A stretch of DNA of 64,000 nucleotides. It comes from Rhina ancylostomus. Lineage: Eukaryota. Of the stretch, positions 38,781 to 50,115 are shown piece after piece (positions within the stretch are counted from its first letter, which is position 1; every line of letters begins with the position of its first letter). The stretch spans positions 28,204,226 to 28,268,225 of the forward strand of contig JARFYF010000055.1 in the NCBI GenBank assembly GCA_030265395.1, read 5' to 3'. A program made the translations under genes and the position numbers. The notes below the pieces were generated by a model. It made no database searches, was not told the DNA's origin, and saw nothing but the letters and a program-made list of their open reading frames with translations.

Positions 38781-39759
38781 TTTTTTTTTATTTTCACAAA
38801 TCCTTTACATTGGCCACAAGGCTGAGATGGTGAAGAATTATGGGAATCAAAAGAGGCAAAATTACTGAAGACATCAAGTGGCGACATAACTGCAATGGTA
38901 GGGCAAATTTGAGAAGCTTGTGATTGATTGTGGCAAATCTGAGGTACAGAAGAGCACAAGGGTAAAGTAAAAGTTGCAAAATTTATTGTGAAAGGTAGAA
39001 GTCGGTACAAAATAGCAGTCTAGTGCCAGAGCAGTTATACTGGAAATCTGGATAGTTATGATAAAGCCTTGAGAACTATTCCATTTGTCATCAAATGCTA
39101 AAAGTTTACTCTTAGGCAAATAATATTGTGAAATAGCATGAAAATTACTTGAATGAGTCCGTCAGCTTAACTAGAAGGTCATTCTGCTGCCAGATACTTA
39201 GATGATGCTGGAAAATTACAGTTGATGTCCCATTTTATGCCGTAATAGGAAAGCTACAAAACCATTTCAGCCCAGTTGTATTGGAGATTGTAGAGAGTTA
39301 TAAGTTTGGAACCTGTAATCAGAGGTTAGAAGTTATGATCGGTAACTGAGTCATTGTTCTAAGAAAATTTGTTGTATTGTGATTCCAGTGTGTTCTCTGA
39401 TCATACTCAGTGAGATATGNNNNNNNNNNCACATTTATCCAAGTTATTAAACAAGCTAAAAATAATTTCTGAAAGGGCTACATTTATGGAAATGGTCTCT
39501 AAAAATGTGAGGTAACTTCAGCCCATGTAGAATATTAGTATAAACATAGTGTATGAGTGAATGTTGGGAGCAGTTTCAGGAGCACTGACATTGAGTCCAG
39601 ATCATGGTAGCATGAATGACACAGAGTCATTCTGACAGGAAACCCTACTGTCATTGTAATGGAAATTATTCAGTACCAGTGTTCCAGTTCAGAACAGCAA
39701 AATGTTTCATTTGTTGGTAGCAAGGACACATGGCCACTGTACAACGCAATAAACAGAAT

Positions 39760-39905
39760 ACAAACATGATAGGCACATGAATGATAGAAAAATGGAGGGC
39801 TATGTGGAAGGGAAGGGTTAGATAGATCTTAGAGCAGGATAGAGTGTCGGCACAACATTGTGGGCTGAAGGGCCTGTACTTTGCTGTTCTATGTTCAATG
39901 TTCTA
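39760..39905 (+). mobile_element. CR1 3' terminus
   Basis: gataggcacatgaatg..cggcacaacattgtgggctgaagggcctgtact..gttctatgttc. Confidence 0.75.
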
Positions 39906-40504
39906 ATATCATGAAAACTGCTAGATAATAAGATTCTTCTGCAAATTCAGTCTGTGCTTTTACCAGGTTGAGCTTTTGTGAAATACCTGAAATTGCTGAC
40001 TTGTGAGATCATTTCAACAATCAGTGGAATTATATTTTACTCACTGGGTGCTCACTATCTACACAGGTATAAAGCTGGTTTAATTTTCTTGGCTTCTTGA
40101 AGTCAAGAGGAAAGAGGTGTTCAAGTTCTTTTTGTCTCTGCAAAAATGTAAAGGATTCTAGCCATGTGGTTGTATATTTGGTTATACCCTAAGTAGACTT
40201 GCAAATTGCACTTGATACCTTTCAGTGTTTCAATGGTGGTAAAGTGATCAAGAAACCTGGTATGGATGTCAATGAATCCAAGCACTGCATATGTGAGCTC
40301 TACAAGATGAAGAGATGATGCTCAGAAGAAAATCACAGTCACCAGAGATTACATAGAATGTTGCAATAACACTCACAGATTTGCATGTCATTTGTCATGA
40401 AAACATTACTAGAACTGTCAAAGGGGCAGTACAATTGTAAGAAAATATCTTAGCATTTCCTCACTGATTTACAGTAGTGAAAATTAAATTAAATTAGAAA
40501 ATTA

Positions 40505-40993
40505 AATTGGTTTATTATTGTCACATGTAGCAAAGTACAGTGAACAACTTGTCTTGTATACCATTCATGCAGATCAATTCATTACAAAAGTGCATTGAGG
40601 TAGTACAAGGTAAAACAATAACATACTGCAGAATAAACAGTTACAGCCATAGAGAAAGTGCAGTGTAGATGAGGCAATAAGGTGCAAGGTGCAAGGTACA
40701 TTGTGAGGTCAAGAGTCCATCTTATTGTACTAGGGAACCATTCAATGGTGTTATAACAGCGGGATAGAAGCTGTACTTGAGTCTGGTGGTACGTGCTTTC
40801 AGGCTTTTGTATCTTCTGCCCAATGGGAGAAGGGAGAATGTCGGGGGTGGGTGGGGTCTTTGATTATGCTGGCTGCTTTTCCGAGGCAGCGAGAGGTATA
40901 GACAGAGTCCGTGGAGGGGAGGCTGGTTTCTTTGATGTGCTGGGCTGTGTCCACAACTCTCTGCAGTTTCTTGTGTTCCTGGGCAGAGCAGTG
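40505..40993 (-). mobile_element. Rex1/Babar LINE 3' end
   Basis: Minus-strand LPLGRRYKSLKARTTRLKYSFYPAVI; tail ttggtttattattgtcacatgta. Confidence 0.85.
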
Positions 40994-40999
40994 ACCTGG

Positions 41000-41200
41000 A
41001 CTCCTGGAGCACAGGTCTTCAGTACTATTGTTGGAATGTCGTCAGGGCCTTCGGTGGATCCAATGCCTTTCACCATCTCTTGATGTCACGTGGAGTGAAT
41101 CAAACTGCCGGAAGACTGGCACCCATCGTGCTGAGGCCCCGCAGACAAGCCGAGATAGATCACCCACTCAGCTCTCCTGGCTGGGGACCCTTGTGAATGA
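41000..41200 (-). mobile_element. L2/CR1-group LINE internal fragment
   Basis: Minus-strand GPDDIPTIVLKTCAP. Confidence 0.6.
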
Positions 41201-41419
41201 TCCATCTTCTGTGGCCGGCTCTGATAGGACAAGCAGCTCATCCGTAATTAGCTGAGTGAAGCTCCTCCGATCTCCCTCCAGTGCCAACGGGACCAAAACT
41301 GTGCACAGTTCTCCATGTGCACTTCACCAGCACCCTGCGTCATAGTCACAGACCTGTCTCTGCCTCTCTCCACAGGTGCTGTCTGACCTGCTGAGTGGTT
41401 CCAGCATTTTATTTCAGAT

Positions 41420-41890
41420 GAGAACTAGAACAGGATAATACAGGGACAGGCCCTTTGGCCCACAATGTCAGTGCTGACCATGACACCAAATTAAATTAAT
41501 CCCATCTGCCTGCACGTGGTGCATATCCTTCCATTCCCTGCATGTTCATGTGCCTGTCTAAGTACCTGTTACTCATAACTATATTATCTGCCTCCCCCAC
41601 CACTCTGGCAGCTGGTTCCAGGCACCCACCATGCTGTGTGAAAAAAAACTTGCCCCGCACATCTCCTTCGAACTTTCCCCCTCTCGTATTTGAGATTTCT
41701 ACCCTGGGAAAGAAACTATGACTGTCAACCCCATCTGTGTCTCTCACTATTTTATAAACCTCTATCAGGTCTCCCCTCAGCCTCTAACACTCCAGAGAAA
41801 ACAACCCAAGTTTGTCCAACCTCTCCTTATAGCTACTAGTCTCCAATCCAGGAAACACCTTGGTGAACCCCTTCTGCACCCTCTCTAAAG
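41420..41890 (-). mobile_element. CR1 LINE 3' end
   Basis: ORF 41496-41747(-) FFPRVEISNTRG..DVRGKFFFTQ; ctcccctcagcctct..tccagagaaaacaacccaag. Confidence 0.85.
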
Positions 41891-41892
41891 CC

Positions 41893-42059
41893 TTTGTCTA
41901 CATCAACCGTGCTGAGGTCGAGAGGGTTGAGAGCTACAAGCTCTTGGGAGTGAACATCACCAACAGCCTGTCCTGGTCCAACCACGTAGATGCCACGGCC
42001 AAGAAAGCTCACCAGCACCTCTACTTCCTCAGGAGGCTAAAGAAATTTGGCATGTCCCC
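41893..42059 (+). mobile_element. Rex1/Babar internal fragment, cut by a gap
   Basis: VYINRAEVERVESYKLLGVNITNSLSWSNHVDATAKKAHQHLYFLRRLKKFGMS. Confidence 0.85.
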
Positions 42060-43112
42060 NNNNNNNNNNNNNNNNNNNNNNNNNNNNNNNNNNNNNNNNN
42101 NNNNNNNNNNNNNNNNNNNNNNNNNNNNNNNNNNNNNNNNNNNNNNNNNNNNNNNNNNNCAGAAGGGGCAGATTCTGCTGCATCTCTGACGGCGCTCCAC
42201 GTGGAATCCAATGGTGGAGGCCAATTTCCTGCCAGTATTACAGCGAGGAAAGGGTCTCTTCAATCAACGCCGGGTCATTTCTGGTGTAAAATCACATTCA
42301 CTTCAATGAGGATTCGGCCTGTGGGATGGGGTAAAGTTTTATTTCACCTTAATGTTTCAACTATTTATAAATGTCTTAAATGTGTTTTACTGAAACTTTG
42401 CTTCAATTTTAATCGTTATATATAAATTACTTCCATCGAATTTAATTGTCTTTAAATATCTTGGGAGGGGTGGGGTTGGCGGCTGGTTGTGTGGCCAACG
42501 AGATAAGTGCGGGCAGGCGGTGACCTGCATTCAGGAAGGTATGACCCAATTCCTGCTTCGGGTCGACGGCCTTCAGAACTGGAGGTAGGGAGGAAGCGAG
42601 AATAAAATAAATCTCTGCTGGGGTGGCAGGTGTGAGGGATTAAGTGATAAAAAGGTTGAAAGTGCAAGGTTGAAGATCATGAAGCACCTCGAGGCGCAAA
42701 GTCTGGACCTGGAAATGCAAAAAAATACTTCAGTGCAACTGAAACTGGAGGGAATACTGTAAACCTTAAAATGCAAGAAGTCATATTGTGACCACTCAGA
42801 GCGGGATAACCGGATAACTCTCCTGTAAATTAATCTATTTTTAGTGACTGAGATTGATTGTATGCGCATCATTTATAAATAACCATCGCCCACTCACTGT
42901 TTACCCTGCTTTTGTTGGAAGAAGCTGTATTTTTTGCCACTTTTCAAAACAAGCTCAAGTTAAAATGACTGTTGTACAGTAGACTGTTTGCCATTTCATC
43001 TCACCTCCAACTGGTTGATGCCGTTTCGACAATAGCTGCTCTCGAGTAAAAATGCTGGAACTCGTTAAGCTCCGCATTGAATTGGGATATCTGTAACGTG
43101 CTTAATTAAAAG

Positions 43113-43332
43113 ATGGAGCAGCAAACAAAAAGCCGGAGGAACTCAGCGGGTCAGGCAGTGTCTGTGGAGGGGAAACGGGCAGCCGACATTTCGACTCCAT
43201 ACCAGATGAAGGGTCTTGACCCGAAACGTCGACTGCCCATTTCCCCCCCACAGACGCTGCCTGACCCACTCAGTTCCCCCGGCATTTCGCGTGTTGCTTC
43301 AGATTCCGGGATCTGCAGTCTCTCGTGTCTCC
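43113..43332. mobile_element. Penelope-derived fold-back element with hammerhead-like motif
   Basis: Arms gccggaggaactcagcgggtcaggcagtgtctgtggagggga / tccccccacagacgctgcctgacccactcagttcccccggc; centre cagatgaagggtcttgacccgaaacgtcgactg. Confidence 0.75.
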
Positions 43333-43749
43333 TTAGTTAAATGAACTGATGTCCCTGGAGTTCATCTGTTTCTGTTCTAATGGAGTGTCGTCGACCTGAA
43401 GCGTTAACTCTGATTCCCTCTCTGTGTGGCCTGACCTGTTTTATGCATTTTGCCAGGTGCTGGTAACAGCGGAGATGGATTTTCTGGACTCAGTAGTTTT
43501 CGTACTGTTTGCTCCACAATTTATTTCAAGAGAGGGCGCTCTGAAACAAGAATACGTGCTGGCGAGATTCACTCCGGAGCTCCCGTGAGCTGGTATCCAT
43601 GAATCTCTGTAATGTGAGCTCTGGGGCTTCATATTTCACACTGATTCTCTTTATATTGCGCAGTGGGTCTATAAATCTAAACACATGGCATGAATATGGA
43701 GCAGACACAAATGAAACGAATTAAATCTCCTAGTTTAGAAAATGTAGAT

Positions 43750-45229
43750 ATTCTCTCTTCGCCACGTCAATAGTTAGAGTTATTAGGGAGGAGGGGGAGA
43801 ATAACTGTTACGTTGAAGGTTATTTCAACTCAACCTGACAGCGAGGCAGGAGCATAACTGGCGATAAAAGTATTGGTCATTTGATGCATTGGGGTAAGAA
43901 GTAACCCTGGAGTTTGCAGTCAGCGAGGAGTGGAAATAAAATTAAAAAGGGCGGGGAATTGCGAAGTGGAGGTCAGGGCGACGGAAGGAGCAGTCTGATG
44001 GGGTGTGGGCGGGCAAGTGGGAAGTTCGATAGTTACACGAGTGCCTCGTGTATCCCGGTCCGTTTCGGGACGACTTCTCCTGCTTTTCTTCCTGTACGGC
44101 TGGGGCNNNNNNNNNNTTGTCACCCCCCCCCCCCCCCTCTGTTCACGGGCACGGCTCAGCCCGGGGCAGCTCAGAACTTAACAGCACACGACTGAGGCTC
44201 GCTCCCCTTGTCCCACACGTGCGAAGCGCCAAAAACAAAAAGGCTTTCCAATTACACTGACATCTGAATTCCAGAGCACTGGGCTCCCGCGGCTGCTTTG
44301 ACTCGTGCACCGTGCACTTCAGATCACTAAAGGAGACACACAAGTATCCTGAGCTGGAATTCAAACAATCGCATTTTACTCTGTCTCATTACCAGATTAA
44401 ATGTTCATTTTCAAACGTGTGCTTGTTAGTGGGCGTTTGGTCGATGGGCGGGGTTAAGAAAGACCTTGGACTGTTTCGGTTACCTGGGCAGAAGTTGCCA
44501 GCTCATGAATAATTCCAGGTAAAACGCCGTGACAAACAGGCAAGTTCATANNNNNNNNNNTTCATAACTGAAACGGAGAGGTAAATATTTCTGAGAACGG
44601 TCGGACTCGCGCCGTAGAAGTTTGGGGGAAGATAAATGAGCGAAATGCTCAGAAGCGAGGAGCCTCTGGGCGGAAGAAAAATAGCAATGACACTTGAAAG
44701 CTCGGTATTAAATGCACAGTGACGAGTGGTAGAAGGAACAGTTCATAAGGCACATACTTAACCCACTTGTTTCTCGGTCAATGTTATAGTCACCAGTCGC
44801 GTTTCCAAGCAGATTGTTTTGCCATCGTCATATCTCCTCGCTGTTTTTAACTTCCACCCCCTCCCCACCTGTCTGTGTGTCCGCTGTTCATTTTGAACTG
44901 GATTGTTGTTTGGATTGGTTTGGAGCTGATACTTTCTGTCTGAACGTTCAGCTCCCACGATCCCTTGCAGAGTTGTGTCTCTCCTCCTCTCTCCGCTTTA
45001 TTGGAGTAAGTCGATGTGAGACGTGAAGATCATGTTGAGATTTCTGCGCTGCTCCGGGAAGCCTCCGCTCATTCCAGACACTAAAGAGTTTTAACCCCAA
45101 AATCCAGCTTGCGCCGTGTAGCTGGACAGTGGGAGCGGCGANNNNNNNNNNNNNNNNNNNNAATCTTGCATCGAACACGCTCCATCAGACTTGTGACCAC
45201 GAGAAATCGCTGGCTGCCTCCTTTTGAGC
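43750..45229 (+). promoter_or_regulatory. CpG-rich promoter/5'UTR region of GRIK3
   Basis: High CpG density (about 10 in 44161-44340 by eye); GC boxes GGGCGGGG at 43949 and 44446; ATTGG at 43872 and 43888; directly upstream of the first coding exon. TSS not determinable. Confidence 0.6.
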
Positions 45230-45314
45230 ATGATTTTGGAATACAGGACGGGACTTATTTTTTACTTGTTTTGGATACGATATTCTCATGGGATGCCTCA
45301 TGTTATTCGAATTG
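45230..45314 (+). CDS. GRIK3: First coding exon of kainate-type ionotropic glutamate receptor subunit GluK3 (signal peptide plus start of the amino-terminal domain)
   Basis: Translates MILEYRTGLIFYLFWIRYSHGMPHVIRI+G. This matches the GRIK3 N-terminus as I recall it (human ..LVWEYWAGLLVCAFWIPDSRGMPHVIRIG) better than GRIK2 (TTHVLRFG) or GRIK1 (PQVLRIG). Phase-1 donor G|gtaagg at 45314/45315; ATG has A at -3; in-frame TGA upstream at 45194. Confidence 0.93.
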
Positions 45315-48300
45315 GTAAGGGTCTCTTTCGGTATTGAGCCGCTCTTTGATTTTGAGATACTGCGCTATGTTGCTGGGTCTGGGTTGTGTGAGTTTGTGAA
45401 GAGATCTCTTGAGGGTGATTTTTTTTTGCTGTTAACATTTAGCCTGGAGAACAGTGAATGAAGTGGGGTGATGGGAAGGGGAGTGGTGGCGATGGGAGGG
45501 GGAGAATTTGGCAAGTTAATGCATTACTTAACAAAATTGTTAACTGTTAGGAATGGACTCGATCTGTCCGCCTCACCGTTACTTGGCTGTTTAGTTATTA
45601 CGCACTATCTTCAAATACACAGAGCTAAAAACAAATATTTGAAGATGGATCATAGTCGATGTAATTATATTTAGCAGGGGTAAATGGTGAATGCTTTTAA
45701 ATGACAGGGAAACGAGTCATTCTGTAAAGGAGAAGTTTAGTGTCAACGCTGAGTTCCTCAACAGAGGAAGATGATACCTCGCGTTTAAAGCTTCCGAGCT
45801 AAACTCCGGGTCCAATTATTGTAACAGCCATACCGCGGGCTCCGTTATAATGTGTTTTATAAGGATTTAATTGTTGCTGTAAATAGAAGTGACAAGGTGA
45901 TTAAAGTTGTACATTATGTTTTATCGCTAAAATAGTTAGATTATCGTGCTGCGCATATATAAGAATAATGACCCAGGGGACAAGAACATTAAAAGTCTCT
46001 AATTTAAGCAGCAAACGTAAATTCATCCTCGGTACAGATTCATGACGGTAAATTGTACATATGCGGGTTAATAGGTGAGCCAGAGACTGTTTTACAAGAG
46101 ATATGGATGATCTGAACAGGGGACATTTATGTATGATAGTTCTAATGATTAAGTGTATTCATAGACACGCCGGTGCCGGGATTAGAAATCGGAGTAGCCA
46201 GAAGATAGAGGCAAGGATGCAGAGACGAACAAGATGATAGATGGGCAGGGAGCAGTAGAGTGGGAGAGGCAGTTCCATCTCTCTCGGTTTTGTGTGTCTA
46301 GTTTAGACAGACACTTGCACCGAAAGCATGACAGGATAGTAAATATGACACCACCATGCTCGCCCCATCTCTTGCCGAATTCGTCTGCTATGATCTCTCA
46401 CGGTGATTTGTTGGCAAATGTCTCTCAAATTCGTGTCAGCTGTTTGTGGCGACTCGCGCTCGAGCTTTATCAGAAAGGAAGGGAAGCGACGATGAGGGAG
46501 CTGTCTTCCTCTGAGTGAAAAGGCGATTCGAACTTTGTTCCGCTGTCTCAGACAACTGAGTGCAGATCAATACGTTTGTGTCTGTTGGCAAACAGCTTCA
46601 GACAAGTGGCTTACCACCACCACCTTAGACCGCCAAGCAGATAAACAGAAACCCCTGAGCCACTCACCATTAACACTGGAATTGTACAGCTGTTCATAAA
46701 GGCAATGCCACTGACTGTCTCCATTTGCTGTTCAGTTATTCTATTCCATTCATAGCCCACAATTTAAACCATGCGCACTTGGTGACGGCGGTATGTATAC
46801 TTGGAAGAGCTCCGTTTCGCAGTTTAAATGGTCATTCGGAGTAGTTATCTGCAATCAAGGAGCAGGACTGAGATGGGAAAGGGAGCTGTTGGGAGCAGCG
46901 GAACTGAAGGAACGGTTACAAATGCAGGATCTTGCGCCGTGATGGGACTCTGAAATACATACCACGATTCTCAGATTCCTTTTCATCCTCCCGGTACTTA
47001 CAATAACATTCAGGAAATGAAGGTGGAGGCGCAAAATCTAACCGTCCTCGATGAAAGGAAGACGGGAGGTGCAGTTTGTGACCCCTGTATCACAGAAAGG
47101 ACACAAGTGGACTGAAATACCCCCCCCAAAAAAAAAATCAATCTCTAGGNNNNNNNNNNNNNNNNGTGATCATTGCAAATATACCCAGCAGAAAATTGAA
47201 GCAGTGCTGAAGTAGAATGCGGGTAAATTAGGGAGAATGAGTTGCTTTAGACTAATTGGACCTGATCCATAAACCCACAATGTAAACCAGACTCATATGT
47301 ATAACAGTTAACGTGTAACTATTTCCTAACGCAGAACCACGCACTAGGTGAATAACCCCAAATGTTTCACGGCCTTGTTATCATTTTGGCGATGATTTTA
47401 ATTTACTTCATTACAAAACAAAATTCCTCCTGCGCGCACGCAGTGACGGACGTTGGCTGCGAACTGTTAAGTGTGGCTATAACAAGTTGATGTTGTTCAG
47501 TCCTAACACCATGTAGGGGAGAGCAAAGTACAAGCCAGGGGTTTCAGGCCGATGCACTCTCCCTCCTTTTCATTGTGGCTTCCATCACTCCAGCTCACGC
47601 CTTAGTTTATTCAGAAAGCATTCAGCATTCTTGAACTCGTTTCGGACCATTTCTCCTCGCACACAATAGATCAGTTGGCTCCACTGAAGCTGTAGGACGG
47701 AGGGACAGTGTTCGCCTGGAGGAAAGGAGCTCTGAGTAACCGTGTCCCGTTAAAGGAAACACTGCTGGTCATGTTCGTGGTTACACCGTTTGAAGAGTGT
47801 TTTCCAGTGATAAGCGACTTCGGTTGACAAACGATCCTCAGATAGCGAGGGAACAGGCCTTAGGCCCATCACATCCGTGCCAGCCGTCAGGCGCCTATCT
47901 GTACGTTTCCCATTTCCTAGCACTCGGCCTGTATGCCAGGGTATTTCAGGTGCTCACCTACATGCTCTGTTACTGTGGGAGCACCTGCCCCATCCACCCA
48001 TAGGCAGCGAAATCCAGATTTCATCCACGCTGGGTGAAAACAAAAAATCGTCCCCCAATCCCCTCTAAATATTCTTCCTTCAACCTCTGTCTGGCGGCTC
48101 TGCAAAGGCGAAGAGTTTCTCCCGAACCAGCCTGTGCCACTCTAACGATGTTGGCAAGCAGTGCATCAGATCGGAACATTGAATCATCGGAGCAACTGAA
48201 CACACAGTTGTTTGGGAAAATGCCGCACTTTGCATATACCTTGCAGAACTCAAAAAGTTTTCAAAGGCAGATAACCGCAGATAGAATCCGCTCCTTTGGC

Positions 48301-49942
48301 GGGGTCCATGCAGCGGGTGGGGGCGGGGTTTTCCTTTCAATGTGGGAGTCAGGCTGACTCCAAGGGGCAGGGGAATAACACTTTTTATGAGGGAAGAGTT
48401 CAAGAGGCGTAAACCTTTCTGATATCTCAATTGCATTTCGTGCAATAGATAACTTAGAACTGAATCCTTCAAAATCTATGGATGAGGACACAACTGATCT
48501 TCGCGATCTCGCTTGTTTTTCGCCTCTTGATGGCATTTGCTGCGGATCAGATTCACACGAGCAAATACCCCTGTACCCGGCGGCTCTCCCATCCACGGAA
48601 CGTTCGACGCAACAGCTCGCGTGATCTCAACCTCAACCTGCGTACCAGCAAATTTCATTCTGTGAGCGTTCTCATTCAGGCTTGGGGCAGATTGACGATA
48701 TTTAACTTTTCAATGGAGCAAATCAAGGTTGGACAATTATTTATTGAGCGACCAATTAGCTCCGAGTACACCTGGGTCTAATCGATCTTCAGATAAGTGA
48801 TATGTCACCACCACGCTCACTGCACGCAGACGGGGCTAATCCCACATGATGTTCCCACCATTACCTCGGCTGGTGGCCTAGTGCAAGCCATGGACACATT
48901 AGAGAAAGAGAAAGGCTTGGCTGTGGAAATCGATCAGATCAGATCAGTGGGAGCTAAAGGGAGCCCAAGAGCTTGGTCAAAAGCCAGTCATCCCCGCCCC
49001 ATTCCACATAGTGAGCGCTAGTCCTCCTGGTGCCCATTCTCCGGGTTGTGGAGCCTGACGCTGAACTCACGCAGACTATTGTACCAATGCCAGGATGATG
49101 CAGGTTATATTCCCAAACCCCAAACACCAGCAGCGCGAGTTCAGTTCTGTCACCGACCTCTCCCCTCCTGACATTGTGATTCTTAAAGTCACACTTTTAA
49201 CTACACATTCCCACGTCTTACATATTTTACTAAATATTTGGTTGAAAATACTCTGGTCGCTATGAAGGCAAACAGGTTTCAATTATAATTGATTAGATAT
49301 AGCTCCCCTTTCGTTTATCTTAATCCTTCTCCACCTCTCGCGTCCCCTCCACAGCAGCCTGTCCCACTCCGTCGTTCTGCCTATCGCCTTCAGCTTGACC
49401 CCATTTGTTTGCTCACTACTCGATTTCCATCTGCTACTGATATCTTTTCTACCCCGCCGCCTCCTCCCCTAAGACATGCACGAGGAGCAGCGGCTTTGCA
49501 AACAGGCTCTCTAACCAATGGAGGACCACAGGTTAAGGAATTCGAAGCTGCATCTCATCGTTGCGGTGGGTGGAAACANNNTGCTCCTAATTGGTATCCG
49601 GGGAAGTGAATATTTTGGGAAGGGGTGGGGGGAGATGTTGTCAGGAGCTCAGAGGCTGATAGGCCACAGAAGGGAACTCAACCAATCAGAGTCAATGCCA
49701 AGATTCGTAAATGAATCATGACCAGTTGGCTTTGGCTGCTGGAGGTTGGGTCCTCCCAGCTGAGGAACATCACATGTCCATTCCGCGTTTATCTTTCGCT
49801 AATGCAAAAGAAAATTGAGAACATTACGCGGGCACGGAACATATTCTTCGCCTCGGCAGTTGAATTGATTTGTTAGTTTTCATAGTTTGCAGTCCAACAC
49901 TTCCAATCCAAAGTTGTTCAGTCCCCAATATTTATAGAAGAC

Positions 49943-50115
49943 GGAGACACGCGAGATTGCAGATGCTGAAATCCGCAGCAATGCAAAAAAAAACAAACTG
50001 CTGGAGGAACTCAGCGGGTCAGGCGGTATCTGCAGGGGAAAATGGACAGTCGACGTTTTGGGTCGAGACCCTTCATCTGGACTGGACTTTCGACCCGAAA
50101 CGTCGACTGTCCATT
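49943..50115. mobile_element. Penelope-derived fold-back element, CpG-intact, with hammerhead-like motif on the minus strand
   Basis: ggagacacgcgagattgcagatgctg...ctgctggaggaactcagcgggtcagg...; 26-bp inverted arms 50041-50066 / 50090-50115. Confidence 0.8.

Noticed and set aside
45109-45318. Track ORF overlapping the GRIK3 exon
   Set aside because: Wrong frame, non-ATG start and spans a gap; the GRIK3 peptide is in the frame starting at 45230
42160-50000. REST/RE1 site expected near a neuronal receptor promoter
   Set aside because: No good match to TTCAGCACCnnGGACAG found by eye; only half-site look-alikes (about 46499 and 46541)
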